Below, piece by piece: positions 49,806 through 59,228 of a stretch of 64,000 bases of DNA. Location of the stretch: assembly GCA_028289375.1 (NCBI GenBank), contig JANQQK010000086.1:41679-105678 (forward strand), in the 5' to 3' direction. The DNA is from Phycisphaerae bacterium (GTDB taxonomy: Bacteria; Planctomycetota; Phycisphaerae; UBA1845). The number at the start of each line of letters is the position of its first letter. Position 1 is the stretch's first letter. The translations under genes were made by a program, and so were the position numbers. Below the pieces are notes generated by a model. That model had not been told where the DNA came from. It searched no databases and saw only the letters and a program-made list of their open reading frames with translations.

Positions 49806-49830
49806 CGCCACCCACGAGGGGTGGCGCTAC
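49806..49830 (-). repeat. GTAG-type REP-like palindrome (third family)
   Basis: Minus strand GTAG-CGCCACCC-CTCGT-GGGTGGCG, between convergent genes. Confidence 0.55.
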
Positions 49831-49870
49831 AGACGATAGAACCCCGGCATTCACTTGCGAAACTTGATCG

Positions 49871-51562
49871 CTATTCGGTGACGACGGTCCAGAGTCCGGA
49901 GGCGTCGGCGAAGTCGATGTCGTCGTCGCCGTCGAAGTCGAACATCAGGCAGCCATTCGTGACCGGTCCGTTGTCGGGACCAGTGACGCACATGTTGAAC
50001 GCGTCGATGTCGAGCAGATCAACGACACCGTCGCAGTCGGGGTCACCGTCACCACTCTCATACGCCCCCATGTCGATGCCACTGCAAAGTTCACGTTGCT
50101 GGCCATCGAGGTCGGTTGCGCCGGCGGCAGGGTTGAAAAATGGGTCTCCGGCGTCGGCACAGGGGGACATGCCGCTGAAACGGTAGTTTCCGTTGGCCGC
50201 GTCGACGAACTGTGGGTCTTCGTTGATGTTGTTCACGCCGGTGCCGGTCCATCCACCCTGAACGTCGCTGTAGCGGACGTTGCTGTTCGAGCTGCCGGTA
50301 TCGCTGATCTGTGCACCGGTACCGGTGCCGTTGTTGTCGCTGTTGTTCCAAAGGATGGAGCTGCGGACCGTCGGTGAGCCGCCTGCGTTGGAGAGTCCAC
50401 CGCCGGTGCCTGTGCCAGTGGCTTCGTTGTTTACGATGGTGACGTTGGTGAGTTGCGCGTTGCTGTTGGTCAAGTTGCGGATCGCACCGCCCAGCCGAGC
50501 CATGTTGTTGACGAATAGCGAATCAACGATCTGCGGGCTGGCGTTGATGTTGTACATCGCACCGCCCTGCCCGCCGGTACCGGTTGTGAAATTGCCGTCA
50601 AAGATGGCACGGGTGATACGCGGGCTGGCCAATTCGTTGTAGATGCCACCGCCATTGCGGGCTGAATTGTTCTCAAAGACACAATCGTTGAGGCGTGCGA
50701 CACCGCCTTGTGCGATGTACATCGCCCCGCCAATCGCCCCACCGCCCGCAGCGGTGTTATCTTTGAAGAGGCAGCGATTCAGGGTCGGATTGCAGTTGCC
50801 GAAGAACTCGACGCCCCCTGCGCGGAAAGCTGTGTTGTTGAGGAACTGGCAGTCGTTCAGCGTTGGGCTTGACTGGTTGAAGCAGTCGAACGCCCCACCG
50901 AAGTTGCCGCCAATGTTGTTGTCGAACATGCAGTTGATCATGAGCGGACTGCTGGCACGCATGTAGCAGGCGCCGCCACCGAAGGTCGCGCGGTTACCGG
51001 TCACGCGGCAGTTGGCGATGGTCGGATTAGAGCCATCCAGAAAAACGATGCCACCACCCACTTGATCGGTCATGATGTTGGGGTGGTTGGCATTGCCGCC
51101 GGTGATGGTGAAACCGTCGAGCCGAGCGGAGGCGTTGGTCTGATTACCGTCGACGACCTGGTAGGAATTCTCAGTAAATCCGCCACCGCCAAGATCGTTG
51201 CCATTCAGGTCGCCGCTGAGGATGGTCTCGTTGCCGGCGATGTCACGCTGCTGCAGGCTTGACTCGGTACCGTCGAAGCCACCGTAGATCTGCACGTTGT
51301 TCTTAAGCTCAAACGCGCTAAAGCGGTTTGTGGTGGTCGTGGGTTTGTAGACGCCTTGCGCGACCCAGATTTCCGTACCAGCCGTTGCAACGGCGATGGC
51401 TCGGCGAAGTCCGTCACTGCCCTGGAACGCATCTTCCCAGCTCAAGCCGGTATCGGTCCCGCTGTTGAGGTTGGCGTTGACGTAAAGCGGTCCGCCCGCT
51501 GCGGCGATGCCTGCGGTTGTGGCGACGATGACGGCGATCAGGGTGGATACTCGTTGGGTCAT
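49871..51562 (-). CDS. Secreted parallel beta-helix (PMP-like/choice-of-anchor Q) protein with dockerin-like tail
   Basis: Signal peptide, G.SW.DA, IWVAQGVYKP, many F.NN.A..GGA repeats, DPQF, DMGAYE, DFDGDDDIDFAD; start ATG 51562. Confidence 0.85.
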   Translation of the reverse strand: MTQRVSTLIAVIVATTAGIAAAGGPLYVNANLNSGTDTGLSWEDAFQGSDGLRRAIAVATAGTEIWVAQGVYKPTTTTNRFSAFELKNNVQIYGGFDGTESSLQQRDIAGNETILSGDLNGNDLGGGGFTENSYQVVDGNQTNASARLDGFTITGGNANHPNIMTDQVGGGIVFLDGSNPTIANCRVTGNRATFGGGACYMRASSPLMINCMFDNNIGGNFGGAFDCFNQSSPTLNDCQFLNNTAFRAGGVEFFGNCNPTLNRCLFKDNTAAGGGAIGGAMYIAQGGVARLNDCVFENNSARNGGGIYNELASPRITRAIFDGNFTTGTGGQGGAMYNINASPQIVDSLFVNNMARLGGAIRNLTNSNAQLTNVTIVNNEATGTGTGGGLSNAGGSPTVRSSILWNNSDNNGTGTGAQISDTGSSNSNVRYSDVQGGWTGTGVNNINEDPQFVDAANGNYRFSGMSPCADAGDPFFNPAAGATDLDGQQRELCSGIDMGAYESGDGDPDCDGVVDLLDIDAFNMCVTGPDNGPVTNGCLMFDFDGDDDIDFADASGLWTVVTE

Positions 51563-51881
51563 GTTCTGCGATCCTGTGGTTGTGGATTCGGTGTCCGCGC
51601 GGGCACATTCGGTCGCCGGGCGGAACACGGTTGTCTTGTGGACGTACGTCGGGAGGCGACGCGACTCGTGGTACATCGTCGCCGTTTCGGCAAGCCCCTC
51701 CAATGCTCGCGGCCGGTTGGTTCCATGCAAGCGATGGATGACCGGATACGCGAGGTTTAATCATAGCGGTTTGGGGCGGGCTGACTCAACCGTTGCGGGC
51801 GCGTGAAATGGTGTGGCACCGAACGTGCTTGATCTTTCGCAGTGCGACTTGCCGATTGGCGGCGAATGTGTCAGCGAATGA

Positions 51882-52559
51882 TTACCGGACGTTGGGACGC
51901 GGGCGGAATTCGATCTGCGAACCGACGTCCTCATCAACGGGACCGCCAAGCCACCATGCGTACTCCCGAATATGCTTCGTCTTGTACACGGCCGTGAAGA
52001 AGCTATGCCAGCATCGAACAGGAAGTCCTCGAGGCATCGATGAGAGGGATTCGCGAGACTCCGGCGGCACATTCTCCAAGCAAGGCCAATCCGCGATCCA
52101 GCCAATGGGCATCTCTGTGGCGCGAAGATTGGAGTCCTCTGCAAAGTCTTCCAGTGCAACGAGCAACGTGCGTTTGGCGTGCCGGTCTCGCTGTAGTGTT
52201 CCGCGTTCGCCGCAATAGTCGGAGCTGTAGAAGAGCAGCGTGTAGTGAATCGAAAGGCCAATGGTGGCAATCGTGATGATGACGGCTGTTGTCACCGCAC
52301 GTTTTTGATTTCTGCCAAACTGGAGCACGATGATTCCGCATGCCGCACCGATTGCCACTTGCAGGACAGGCCTGGCGCAGTAGCACAGGCATGGAATCAT
52401 GACGTTTGCTGCAAAGACGATCATGATCACCGTGTACAGCCACTTTGCGATCACGAATTGCCTGTCTTCGCTTCGCTGACGTTTGCCCAACACAAGACCG
52501 GTGACAGCGAGCACCACGACGCCAATCATCGCGAATGCGTGGACGTTGCCGGCTATCAT
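51882..52559 (-). CDS. Membrane protein, tandem paralog 1
   Basis: About 4 TM helices, PCLCYC, GWIADW, CWHSFFT, WWLGG, IEFR. Confidence 0.7.
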   Translation of the reverse strand: MIAGNVHAFAMIGVVVLAVTGLVLGKRQRSEDRQFVIAKWLYTVIMIVFAANVMIPCLCYCARPVLQVAIGAACGIIVLQFGRNQKRAVTTAVIITIATIGLSIHYTLLFYSSDYCGERGTLQRDRHAKRTLLVALEDFAEDSNLRATEMPIGWIADWPCLENVPPESRESLSSMPRGLPVRCWHSFFTAVYKTKHIREYAWWLGGPVDEDVGSQIEFRPRPNVR

Positions 52560-52661
52560 GGCATGGTTGCTCCTGGAGCCTGGGAATCCGCTTGTCCAGC
52601 CACGTCAATACCAAACCTCGCCGTGAAGAACATCATCATTTACGCTTTCCGTGTTCCCATC

Positions 52662-53339
52662 TCACGGATTTGCGTTTCTGGCACGGTATTCTATTTGCTC
52701 TTTGATGCTACTTACGGGACCACCAGGCCACCATGGGGCCAGGTCTGTGCGCGTGGTTTTCAGCAGCTGGGTCAGCGGAGTGTGCCAGACACGATGGGCG
52801 GTGTACTCCGGGACAACGGTCATGATACTGCGCTTCTTGCTTGGAGCGGCCTTTATTTCCGACCATTCGGCGATCCAACCGCTTGGCCGGTTCACGTCAG
52901 CGGTGTTTGCATCTCTCACGCAGTCAGAGATGCGGCTGAAACTTCGGATGCGGTGCAGAAGGTTTATTTTCGAGATGCTCATCGAGCCGCCGGTATAGTG
53001 GTCGCCGTGCACGAGTGCATTGAACTGAATGCACAAGCCCATCATGACCACCATGATGGCGACGGCGGTTCTGACGGCTCGGGAACGGTTTCGGCCATAG
53101 AACAAGACAAGTAGTCCGCATGGCGCACAAATAGCGACCTGCGTCACGCACCTGGCTCGGTGACACATGCACGGCACGAGTTCGAAGAATGCGAAGCAGA
53201 TCAAGGCGCCCCAATAGATCCAAGTGATAAGCCGATAGTGCCGAACGACTTGAGTATTCCGCTTCGTAAACGCCAGCGCGTGCGTCGCCAAGAGAACCAC
53301 GCTGATCAATATAATTGCGTGGATGTCGCCGGCATTCAC
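52662..53339 (-). CDS. Membrane protein, tandem paralog 2
   Basis: About 4 TM helices, PCMCH, GWIAEW, VWHTPLT, WWPGG, IEYR; GTG 53339 with SD GGAG. Confidence 0.7.
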   Translation of the reverse strand: MNAGDIHAIILISVVLLATHALAFTKRNTQVVRHYRLITWIYWGALICFAFFELVPCMCHRARCVTQVAICAPCGLLVLFYGRNRSRAVRTAVAIMVVMMGLCIQFNALVHGDHYTGGSMSISKINLLHRIRSFSRISDCVRDANTADVNRPSGWIAEWSEIKAAPSKKRSIMTVVPEYTAHRVWHTPLTQLLKTTRTDLAPWWPGGPVSSIKEQIEYRARNANP

Positions 53340-53459
53340 CGTTCCGTCTCCAAGTGCGTAGCGTCGAGAAACGACGTGACTGCTAATCGTATACGCGCTG
53401 ATCGCGCATTTCATTCAATTGCATAATTGAAGGGAAGCACTCACTGAACACATGGTCTC

Positions 53460-54128
53460 TTAGTCAGGACGAACCCGAAACTCCAGCGCATCCAGTGACT
53501 GGTCCATGACGCCACCAGGCCACCAGAGAGCCACGCGGGTGGAATCTTCTCGGAATAATCGCGTAAAGAGCGAGTGCCAGAAGGGTATTGCCTCGTGGTG
53601 GACGGACTCTCTTAGCAGCTCGTTGGTTTCGTCCGTCTCGTTCGCGACGCAAGGCCAATCGGCGACCCAACCGGCATCTACTTGTTGACCAACGAGTCCG
53701 TATTTGTCCGCCAGGTTTGGAATGTACTTGAGAATCGGCGTGTAGAGGTTGTTGCGCCGTGTTGCTGCTTGCGTACCGCTTGTGTATGCGGTGGAGTGCA
53801 CGAGTGACGAGTATTGTCGATTGAGACCTACGCTCATGAGGAAGACAATCGTCATCGTCACGTACGCTGGAATGCGATGTCGCGCGTAGGCCAACATGGC
53901 GCACGTGCAAACCCATCCAATGAATGCAGGAGCGAGCGTGTGGTCTTCCATACATAGACAGCCAGTGCCGGCGAACCCCATGAAAACCATACCCGAGACG
54001 ATGAGGCCCCATGCCAGCAACAATCGCCTCCGTCGGGGTATTGGCCGTTCCACGCCCGCGGCGAGGTTGGCGATCGTGATGATCACGACGCCAATCTCGA
54101 CGGCTGCGTAGACGTTATCGGGGCTCAT
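53460..54128 (-). CDS. Membrane protein, tandem paralog 3
   Basis: About 4 TM helices, GCLCM, GWVADW, FWHSLFT, WWPGG, LEFR; ATG 54128 overlaps the upstream stop codon. Confidence 0.7.
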   Translation of the reverse strand: MSPDNVYAAVEIGVVIITIANLAAGVERPIPRRRRLLLAWGLIVSGMVFMGFAGTGCLCMEDHTLAPAFIGWVCTCAMLAYARHRIPAYVTMTIVFLMSVGLNRQYSSLVHSTAYTSGTQAATRRNNLYTPILKYIPNLADKYGLVGQQVDAGWVADWPCVANETDETNELLRESVHHEAIPFWHSLFTRLFREDSTRVALWWPGGVMDQSLDALEFRVRPD

Positions 54129-56380
54129 CTCGGCTCGATCGTGACCGCCACGTTGTAGTCTGGTTCGCAGCTTGGTTCGTCGTAAATGCCGTATTCGATC
54201 AGGTCGTTGGCAACGGGCCAGAACGCTTGCACGTGACCGGGGCGGACGTGATCGTCTGACCAGCACACGCCTTTGGTGGAGCCGACCTTCGATGTCACCG
54301 TGACAGGCTGTTTGTGCTCCAGGGACAACCGAGCAACGTCATCGGGGTGCATCAGGATGGCCTGTCGCGTCGTGGCACCGGAGAAGGAGTCTTTGCGGAC
54401 GGCCGGCGGATGCTGCGAATTCCATTGACCAAAACCGCGTCGCGTGCTGAGCAGCAGGTGCCCTTCCGGAACCTCGGGCAGGTCGGGCTTGAGAATGCTG
54501 AAGACGGCTTTGTTGTTGGGCATGTTGGTGAAGCCATCGCGGAACAGGTATTGCCCGCCCCACTGCATCTGTTGGTGCGGGTAGCGCAACCGTTCGATGC
54601 CGTCGTACATGATGATCGATTTGCTGATCATCTCGCGGATGTCCTGCGTATTGGCGTAATTGTAGCCGGTCAGGTCGTCACCCAGAATGCGTTTGGCGAT
54701 CTCGCGAAAGGCGATCCATGCTTCGGGAAGGTGTTTGTTCTCGCCGGCCAATGTCCCTTGAAACGCGCGGACGGTGCGATCGGTCGACGTGGTCGTGTAG
54801 ACACTGTCCCATTCGTACCAGTTGCGAATCGGAATCACGAGCGAGGCCTCGCCTGGCTCGATCATGGTTTCGGCGTTCATCATGACGTCGAAGCGGATCC
54901 TGTAGGGAACGCGCGACAGGGCGCGCTCGATGAACGACCGATCGGGCATCGTGTCACGCAGGTTGCCGCCAAGACCGCAGAGCACGTTGATGTCGCCGTT
55001 GGCCGCCGCAGTAACCATCTTGCCCGTGGGCAATCCCGGGTTGTCACTGAGTGTTGCACCCCACAATGTACCGTAGTGGCTCGCAGAAGTTGCATCGATC
55101 GGTACGCCCCCGGGGAAGATGTTCGGTGCGACGCCGCATTCTCCGGTGGCTTGCACACCGCTCTGACCACGCAGGGCAGCCAATCCCGCCTTCGTCCTGC
55201 CGAGTTGGCCGAGGACGAGCGCGAGGTTGATGATGCCTTTGACGTTGTCGGTGCCGGTGCGGTGCTGCGTCAGGCCCATGCCCCAGCAGAAGACGATGTT
55301 GGGACTGCGTGCGAGCACCATGGCCACGCGTCGCAGCTGTTCATGCGACGCACCCGACTGCTCGCTCAGGTCGGCAATGCTCTGCTCGCTTAATGCCGAC
55401 CTAAGTTCATCGAAACCGGAAACGTGCTGATCGATCCACGCATGGTGATCGTCGGTGAGCAGCTTGTCTTCGATCAGGATCTTCAGCACGCCATTGAAGA
55501 AGGCGACATCGCCGCCCGTGCGCACATGCACAAACTCGTCGCAGATCTGCGACCCAAACAATGCACTCCGCCACTGCGACGGCACCCAATAGCGGTCGAG
55601 TCCGGGCTCGTCGTAGGCATTGACCACGATGACGAATGGCTTGCCGCGTCGCTTGCGTCGGCCCTGCTCGATGTAGCGCATCACGAGCGGCTGGTTGTTG
55701 GCGAGGTTGGTGCCGGCCAACAGCAGTGCGTCGGCTTCCACAAAATCGCTCAGCGAACCGGTCGATGCGCCAACGCCGACAGTCGATTTCAAAGCGGTGA
55801 CGCTGGCGGCGTGACACTGACGGGCACAGCTGTCGACGTTGTTGGTCTGGCCAACGACGCGCGCGAACTGCTGAAACGTGAAGTACTCCTCGTTGTTGAC
55901 GGCTTTGCTCGTGGCGAAGAACGCACATTCGTCCCCGCGGTGCTTTCTGATCCACTCGGCCGCGAGATCGTACGCTTCTTCAAATGAAATCGGTTGATAT
56001 CCAGAAGTGCCCTTTCGCCAAATAAGCGGCGTACCAACGCGTCCCAATCGTTCGATGGCGTCGTTGCCGAGTTTGCGGATGGCGGCCACATCTGCAAACG
56101 CATCCGGGGCGGCCAAGGGTCGCAAGGCTTCCTCCACCAAGCCAAGGCGAACCAGGCAGAAGTGTGGTGAATGGGGAATGACGTTGTCGCGCAGTCCGTC
56201 GGTCTGCACGGCGCAGCCGTTGCAAGGCCCATTGAGCACCTTCCACGCCTTGTGCCATTGGCCATAGGTATCACCCATCATGCTGGCGATGCCCTTGAAG
56301 TGGCGGGGTTTGCGATTGTTGAGAATGCCCAGCGGTGTGTACTTCGTCACGGCGGACGACAGTTCGTCTTTCCAGTTCAT
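54125..56380 (-). CDS. FdhF/YdeP family molybdopterin oxidoreductase
   Basis: CNGC, HFC, NNVDSCARQCH, GTNLANNQP, WGMGLTQH, LRGQSGVQ, C-terminal dinucleotide-binding domain with EPDYN; start ATG 56380. Confidence 0.9.
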   Translation of the reverse strand: MNWKDELSSAVTKYTPLGILNNRKPRHFKGIASMMGDTYGQWHKAWKVLNGPCNGCAVQTDGLRDNVIPHSPHFCLVRLGLVEEALRPLAAPDAFADVAAIRKLGNDAIERLGRVGTPLIWRKGTSGYQPISFEEAYDLAAEWIRKHRGDECAFFATSKAVNNEEYFTFQQFARVVGQTNNVDSCARQCHAASVTALKSTVGVGASTGSLSDFVEADALLLAGTNLANNQPLVMRYIEQGRRKRRGKPFVIVVNAYDEPGLDRYWVPSQWRSALFGSQICDEFVHVRTGGDVAFFNGVLKILIEDKLLTDDHHAWIDQHVSGFDELRSALSEQSIADLSEQSGASHEQLRRVAMVLARSPNIVFCWGMGLTQHRTGTDNVKGIINLALVLGQLGRTKAGLAALRGQSGVQATGECGVAPNIFPGGVPIDATSASHYGTLWGATLSDNPGLPTGKMVTAAANGDINVLCGLGGNLRDTMPDRSFIERALSRVPYRIRFDVMMNAETMIEPGEASLVIPIRNWYEWDSVYTTTSTDRTVRAFQGTLAGENKHLPEAWIAFREIAKRILGDDLTGYNYANTQDIREMISKSIIMYDGIERLRYPHQQMQWGGQYLFRDGFTNMPNNKAVFSILKPDLPEVPEGHLLLSTRRGFGQWNSQHPPAVRKDSFSGATTRQAILMHPDDVARLSLEHKQPVTVTSKVGSTKGVCWSDDHVRPGHVQAFWPVANDLIEYGIYDEPSCEPDYNVAVTIEPR

Positions 56381-56417
56381 CGATCCCGATCCCCTGCTTC
56401 TGCGGTGTTGCGACCCG

Positions 56418-57398
56418 TTAATACCGCAAACTGATGAGGATATCGAATTGGCCGAGGGTGAGCATGTCGCGGTCTGCCAGGATGGTGCGCATGACCTCGA
56501 CGCCATTGACCAGCACGCCGTTGGTGCTTTGCAGGTCTTCGACTTCCCACGCGTCGCCGACGGTCTGAATGGCGCAGTGGTGGCGGGAGATGGTCGGATC
56601 AGGCAGTTGCCACAGGGCCGTCTCGGATTGGCCGATGACGAATCGCTGAGACGCGAGCGCGTTGAAAACGGGCATCGGCACGCTGATTCCCTTGTGCATG
56701 ATCATCGAGAGCGGTGGGGCCTGCTTCTTGCGACCTGCGTCCGGTTCGATACGCGTGAATCGAAGTCGGTAGCCACCAATGTCGATCAGATCGCCCGGCG
56801 CGAGGACGAATTCCACGGTCGTTTGGCCATTGACCTGGATGATCCGCTCCTTCGCGGTTGGCGCAATGATCCAGTCGCCGTCAATGAAACGCAGGACCGC
56901 ATGCACGTTGATGGTGCGGCTGCCGTCGATGACCAGCGCACAGTTCGGTGCGGCGCCGATCTTGAAATCGGTTCCTTCGACCAGTTCATACCCCTGGCCA
57001 ATGAGTTGCGGTCCTGCCACGACGGTCAGTTGGCAATCGGGAATTGGCGCTGCCATATGGGCACTGAGCAGTTCATCGCGGTCGATGCTCAGCCGGCGGG
57101 CGAGGTCGATGTCGTAAGCTTCCTTGAGTGCCGGATTGGTCAGAACCACACGTGCCTGCGCAACAGCGTTCATCACATCCTGCACCGACTCGCGGGTCGA
57201 ACGATCTGGGTGATCGTGATACTCACGAATGGCGCGGTAGCGCTTGCGGACGGCCTGGTTGATGCGTTCGTAGTGGCTGCAGAAAAGTTCGACGCCGAGC
57301 AAGTCATAGTGATCCGGCGGACATTGTTCGGGCGACAGGCCCAGGATGTCGACGAGCGGATTGTTCAGCGTGCTGGATGGACGTGGCTTGTCCGTCAT
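56418..57398 (-). CDS. J-domain-like protein with two FHA domains
   Basis: DHYDLLGV...HPD...AVAQARVVLTNP..KEAYD; FHA motifs IG, ISRHH, DLQSTNG.LVNG (first FHA degenerate). Confidence 0.8.
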   Translation of the reverse strand: MTDKPRPSSTLNNPLVDILGLSPEQCPPDHYDLLGVELFCSHYERINQAVRKRYRAIREYHDHPDRSTRESVQDVMNAVAQARVVLTNPALKEAYDIDLARRLSIDRDELLSAHMAAPIPDCQLTVVAGPQLIGQGYELVEGTDFKIGAAPNCALVIDGSRTINVHAVLRFIDGDWIIAPTAKERIIQVNGQTTVEFVLAPGDLIDIGGYRLRFTRIEPDAGRKKQAPPLSMIMHKGISVPMPVFNALASQRFVIGQSETALWQLPDPTISRHHCAIQTVGDAWEVEDLQSTNGVLVNGVEVMRTILADRDMLTLGQFDILISLRY

Positions 57399-59077
57399 TC
57401 TTCGACCGTCAGCTCGCGCATGGCGTTGGTGAGTTCTTCGATCGTCTTCTGATCAAAACCAGACTCACGCTGGATACTGGCTTCACCGGTGTGCTTGGTT
57501 GTCGTCTCGGTTGCTTGAACATGAATGCGACCACTGCTGTCGTACTGAAAGGTCACTTCAACGGGTGAACCCTGCGGCAGTCCCTTGGGCAGGTCGCGGA
57601 TCACGCATTCACCGATCTGCGTGCAGCCACGCGGATCGCGTGATGCCCCTTCAACGACGGGCACGCGGATGATGCGTTGATTGGCAGCTTCGGTACCGAA
57701 GACCTTCGTCCGCGTTGTCGGGATCGGCGTGTTCCGCGGAATGACCACCGAATTGACGATTCGGTTCTCCTTCGACGATCGCACGATCACACCGAGGCTG
57801 TGCGAGTTGATGTCGGCCATCTGCACACGTTGGGCCGCTTCAACAACGGGCGGGTCGAAGACGTCGAGGATATTCTCGCGTTCGTCGCCACCCGAGTCGG
57901 GCACGTCCTCAGTGGCAAACGTTCGCGCACCATCCGTCGTCACGGTCGCAGCCGTCGTGGCCATCTGCGTGATCGCCGCGTGAATGGCGGCACCATGGGC
58001 GACGATCTGTTCCGGAGCGGTGGCCATGTTGGGTTTCTTGCCCGAGATGCGTTCGAGCATGCGGTAGACCATCGGCATGCGTGATGCACCGCCGACAAGA
58101 AGAACGTCGTCGATGCGATCCCACGTCAGCAGTGCGTCTTCAAGGAGCATCTCGATGGTCATCTGCAGACGGGTGAGCAAGTCAGCCGTCAGTGATTCGA
58201 AGCGCTCACGCGTGATGGGGACCGCCATGTCGCGGCCATCAGCATCAATGCGAACCGTCGTCTGGGCGTCGCTGCTCAAGGCGATCTTTGCTTTTTCCGA
58301 GGCGATGAAGAGCTGAGACTTGTGCGTCTCTTCCTTGCGCGGATCGAAGCCATGATGCTTGTCAAAATCGTCGGCCAATGACATCGCCAGACGTCGGTCA
58401 AAGTCGACACCGCCAAGGCGTACCTCGCCACCGGTCGCAAGCACGTTGAAGTGTTCGCCGTTGATCCGAATGATCGTGGCGTCGAAAGTACCACCGCCGA
58501 GATCGAACACGAGCGTTGTGGAAGGCGCCGTGGCTGCGATGGCCGCCACCTCAAACCGAATCGACGACCCACCTGCCTGCAGGTACTGCCGAAACGCGTT
58601 CGCCAGTGCCGCCGCGGTCGGTTCGTTGATGATGTCGACCACGTCGAGCGAAGCAATGCGCCCTGCGTCCTGCGTGGCTTTGCGACGCAGATCGCCGAAA
58701 TATGCCGGTACGGTGATGACGGCGCCGCGCACGGGGCCGACATGATGTTCAAAATCCTCGCGTAGTTTTCGCAGGACCAGCGCAGACAGTGCTTCCGGCG
58801 AATACTCCTTGCCCCCGACAGGGCGATGATAGAACTTGTCGCCCATGTCGCGCTTGAAGTTCAACGCCACCAGATCGGGATGATCGATCGACGCAATACG
58901 GGCAGCCTCACCGACATGAATCTCCCGATTCTCGCCGATCAGAACCGCGGACGGTGTCACGAACGAGCCGGATCGATTCGGCACCGACACCGGCTGCCCC
59001 TGTCGATCGACGTAGGCAATGCCGGAAAACGTCGTTCCCAAATCAATTCCGACATATCGGGGTTGTCTGCTTTGCAT
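57395..59077 (-). CDS. Hsp70 family protein (non-canonical, lid-truncated)
   Basis: GIDLGTTFS, ITVPAYF, INEPTAAA, DLGGGTFD, LGGVDFD, LVGGASRMP; ends shortly after the beta substrate-binding domain. Confidence 0.92.
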   Translation of the reverse strand: MQSRQPRYVGIDLGTTFSGIAYVDRQGQPVSVPNRSGSFVTPSAVLIGENREIHVGEAARIASIDHPDLVALNFKRDMGDKFYHRPVGGKEYSPEALSALVLRKLREDFEHHVGPVRGAVITVPAYFGDLRRKATQDAGRIASLDVVDIINEPTAAALANAFRQYLQAGGSSIRFEVAAIAATAPSTTLVFDLGGGTFDATIIRINGEHFNVLATGGEVRLGGVDFDRRLAMSLADDFDKHHGFDPRKEETHKSQLFIASEKAKIALSSDAQTTVRIDADGRDMAVPITRERFESLTADLLTRLQMTIEMLLEDALLTWDRIDDVLLVGGASRMPMVYRMLERISGKKPNMATAPEQIVAHGAAIHAAITQMATTAATVTTDGARTFATEDVPDSGGDERENILDVFDPPVVEAAQRVQMADINSHSLGVIVRSSKENRIVNSVVIPRNTPIPTTRTKVFGTEAANQRIIRVPVVEGASRDPRGCTQIGECVIRDLPKGLPQGSPVEVTFQYDSSGRIHVQATETTTKHTGEASIQRESGFDQKTIEELTNAMRELTVEE

Positions 59078-59228
59078 GAAGCGTGACGTCCGTCCGTTGA
59101 GTGGCGATCGCTGCGTTACAGTGCAAGTGTAGGCAGCCTTGGGCGGCCAATCAACCGGTGATATCGGATGGCACGCACGTCCTGCCGCATCGTAAGTTCA
59201 ATGAATTTCGCGAATTACGTGTAAGATC

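Noticed and set aside
54125-56380. Selenocysteine formate dehydrogenase
   Set aside because: The ORF is uninterrupted and has Cys at the ligand position (ARQCH); it is FdhF/YdeP-like with no in-frame TGA.
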